The notes under the pieces were generated by a model. The model made no database searches, was not told the origin of the DNA, and saw only the letters and a list, made by a program, of their open reading frames with translations. 64,000 nt of DNA, from positions 64,001 to 128,000 of the forward strand of contig CBDBIJ010000015.1 in NCBI GenBank assembly GCA_965205655.1, read 5' to 3'. Source of the stretch: Candidatus Latescibacterota bacterium. Lineage in GTDB: Bacteria > Latescibacterota > UBA2968 > UBA8231. Positions 62,041 through 64,000 of this stretch are shown here, piece by piece (position 1 is the stretch's first letter; each line of letters starts with the position of its first letter). The position numbers and the translations under genes were made by a program.

Positions 62041-62566
62041 GTGAACGCTTTCCACAAACAACGGATCCGGGTCCTCTGGAGCGGCCGCCTGCCGAGGGCC
62101 TGGCGCCGGGGGGTCTCTCTGGCAGTAATCGCCCTGTGCCTGTCTGTCGATATCGGCTGCGGTCTGCGCACTGTGCCGCCTATCCGGTATCTGCCCCTGC
62201 TCGGCAAGGAAAAGGAAATCACCACGACAGCGCTCCTGATTGCGCGCCCTCAGGGATCGAGATGTGGCGGTGCGAGCCGAAGCCGTGGATCTTCTGGGCG
62301 TCCTGTCGCAGAGCGGAGACAAGGGGACGAAGAAGGAGGTCGCCAGGGTCTTGGGATTAGCGCTCAAGGACCGCGATCCCGGCCTCAGACTACAAGCGGT
62401 CGAGAGGCTCGGAGCTATGGAATCCAAGTACGCCAACAAGTACCTCCACGGAGCCCTGAGAGACCAGAATCCCTTCGTGCGAGAGAAGGTGATAGCCGTG
62501 CTCGGCAGGCGCGAGCGCGAGTCCGCTACAGCAGCTGAGGACGAACTGTCCCAGGCTACCCCCTAA
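62041..62566 (+). pseudogene. HEAT-repeat lipoprotein, frameshift near 62243
   Basis: Lipobox-like DIGC in ORF 62041 continues in ORF 62240 with ALRDRDVAVRAEAV, ALKDRDPGLRLQAV, ALRDQNPFVREKV. Confidence 0.72.
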
Positions 62567-62615
62567 ACTCTTCTTTTTTTGATCGTCCCATGCGCTGTCC
62601 ATTCAACGGGGAATC

Positions 62616-62644
62616 TTGACAACCCCTGTGAGGCTCAGTACATT
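62616..62644 (+). promoter_or_regulatory. Putative sigma70 promoter
   Basis: TTGACA-17bp-TACATT. Confidence 0.55.
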
Positions 62645-62991
62645 CACCCCGTTAGAATCGAGTTGTCGGCCGCATCGAGAGCGATCACGGAAAGCGCGTA
62701 TAAGTATATGGTTTTCAATCATTTATAGAGTTTGAGTGTGGCGGTCTGCTGAGCGTGACGTACGAGCGCCATCCCGAAATGTTCGAACGCCTCTTTTCGG
62801 GCTGCTGAGATCTTCACAATTACCTCCTCACACCGCCTCGTTCGAAGGTCTCGGTTCTGGACGGCGATCGCACCCCAGGATCGCCACACTCATCTGTTGT
62901 TTCAGGAGCAGCCATTCACATGGCTGCTCCTTTTTCGTTCGTGCCGGTTTCCGAACAAGTGCTGCCGAGGAGGCGTAAACGACGACGACCA

Positions 62992-64000
62992 ATGCATATC
63001 TGCATGGCCGTATTCACCGAGCTGAGCTCCGACTATCGCGTCTTCCGGGCGGTCACCGCTTTGAGAAAGGCCGGTCACGAGGTCTCGATCGTCGCCGGCG
63101 CCGGCGACACAAAGATGGCCGAAGTCTGGGACCCGTTCGACATCCTTCCGATCGAAGTGGATCGGCGGGCGAGCTTGCGCGTGGCCTACCCACGCTTCTG
63201 GCGGCGGGCCCGGCAGGCGATGACGTCTGTGCGAGCGGATGCATATCACGCCCACGATCTGGATACTCTGTGGCCCGCTGCCAGGGCCGCCGCCAGCCGC
63301 AGCGCCGCGCTCGTGTACGATTCGCACGAACTCTGGACTGAGCAAGCGTCGCTCGCCTTGCGGCCGCTGATGCGGGGTTTCTGGCGCCTGTTCGAGGGCC
63401 GTCTCGTGCGGCGGGCTAACCGCATCATTGCAGTGAGTCCGGCAATCGCCCAGATCCTGGAGCGCCGCCACCAGCCCGCAGTACCCGTTGTCGTCATCCG
63501 CAATCTTCCCCCGTTCAAACAGGCCATCAGGAGCGATCGCATTCGCGCTGAGTTGGGAATCGACCGCAGCCGCCTCGTCATCCTGTACCAGGGAGGCTTC
63601 CTCACCGACAACGGACTGTCAGAGCAGATCGAGTCCATGGCGGCAGTGGAGGGGGCCGCTCTTGTGCTACTGGGAGACGGGCCGATGGAACCGGCCCTCA
63701 GGCGGCGTGTCGCCGCAGCCGGCCTCGAGGACCGCGTCCACTTTTTGCCCCGGGTCCCCTTTCATGCTCTCCACGAGTTCACCTGTTCGGCCGATCTGGG
63801 GTTGTGTCTCATAAAGCCCAGCGGCCGCAGTTTCGAGTTGTCGCTACCGAACAAGCTGTTCGAGTACTTCATGGCCGGCATACCTGTGCTGGCCGGCGAC
63901 ACGCCCGAGATCCGCCGCGTCATCGAGGCGACAGGCGCCGGCGAGGTGACGGCACCCGCCGACGTCGGAGCGATCAGCGCCTCTCTTCGCAAGCTGATCG
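62992..64000 (+). CDS. Glycosyltransferase family 4 (partial, runs off window end)
   Basis: GGAGG RBS; manual translation MHICMAVFTELSSDYRV...YHAHDLDTL...VYDSHE...SLPNKLFEYFMAGIPV. Confidence 0.9.
   Translation, partial: MHICMAVFTELSSDYRVFRAVTALRKAGHEVSIVAGAGDTKMAEVWDPFDILPIEVDRRASLRVAYPRFWRRARQAMTSVRADAYHAHDLDTLWPAARAAASRSAALVYDSHELWTEQASLALRPLMRGFWRLFEGRLVRRANRIIAVSPAIAQILERRHQPAVPVVVIRNLPPFKQAIRSDRIRAELGIDRSRLVILYQGGFLTDNGLSEQIESMAAVEGAALVLLGDGPMEPALRRRVAAAGLEDRVHFLPRVPFHALHEFTCSADLGLCLIKPSGRSFELSLPNKLFEYFMAGIPVLAGDTPEIRRVIEATGAGEVTAPADVGAISASLRKLI

Overview
High-GC bacterial chromosome segment. The C-terminal sorting-like domains, dockerin/cohesin-like modules and gene style suggest an FCB-group lineage such as Latescibacterota, but this is inference only. 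The window has three parts. (1) About 0-24 kb is accessory and partly decaying: the end of an nfeD operon, hrpA, a GH13 enzyme, DUF3500, a cupin, two different IS30-family elements, and several broken genes (EamA, a large Fn3/dockerin/cohesin surface protein, an OmpA-family protein, a SAM methyltransferase, an HDOD protein, a histidine-kinase remnant). (2) About 25-36 kb holds oxidoreductases, hydrolases, an RCK K+ channel, hemF, a DtxR/MntR regulator with a Cys-rich tail, and an FGE-sulfatase-domain gene capped by an 85-bp IS end. (3) About 36-64 kb is an essentially intact core: ispE-tRNA-Gln-rplY-pth-hppA-rpsF-DUF2232-rplI-lipoprotein-tRNA-Sec, a TPR/Crp/sigma54-EBP/DegP/M24 operon, a CxxxY-type ccm cluster, tandem DUF151-UVR genes and a GT4 glycosyltransferase. 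No CRISPR array, rRNA or prophage was seen. No single clear-cut novel system is demonstrable. The best leads are an IS-end cap that may also form a hybrid promoter, a CDS whose UGA stop lies inside tRNA-Sec, a sigma54/CRP-type control region driving a 73-aa orphan, a dispersed set of membrane-anchored coiled-coil proteins, and the paired DUF151-UVR proteins.
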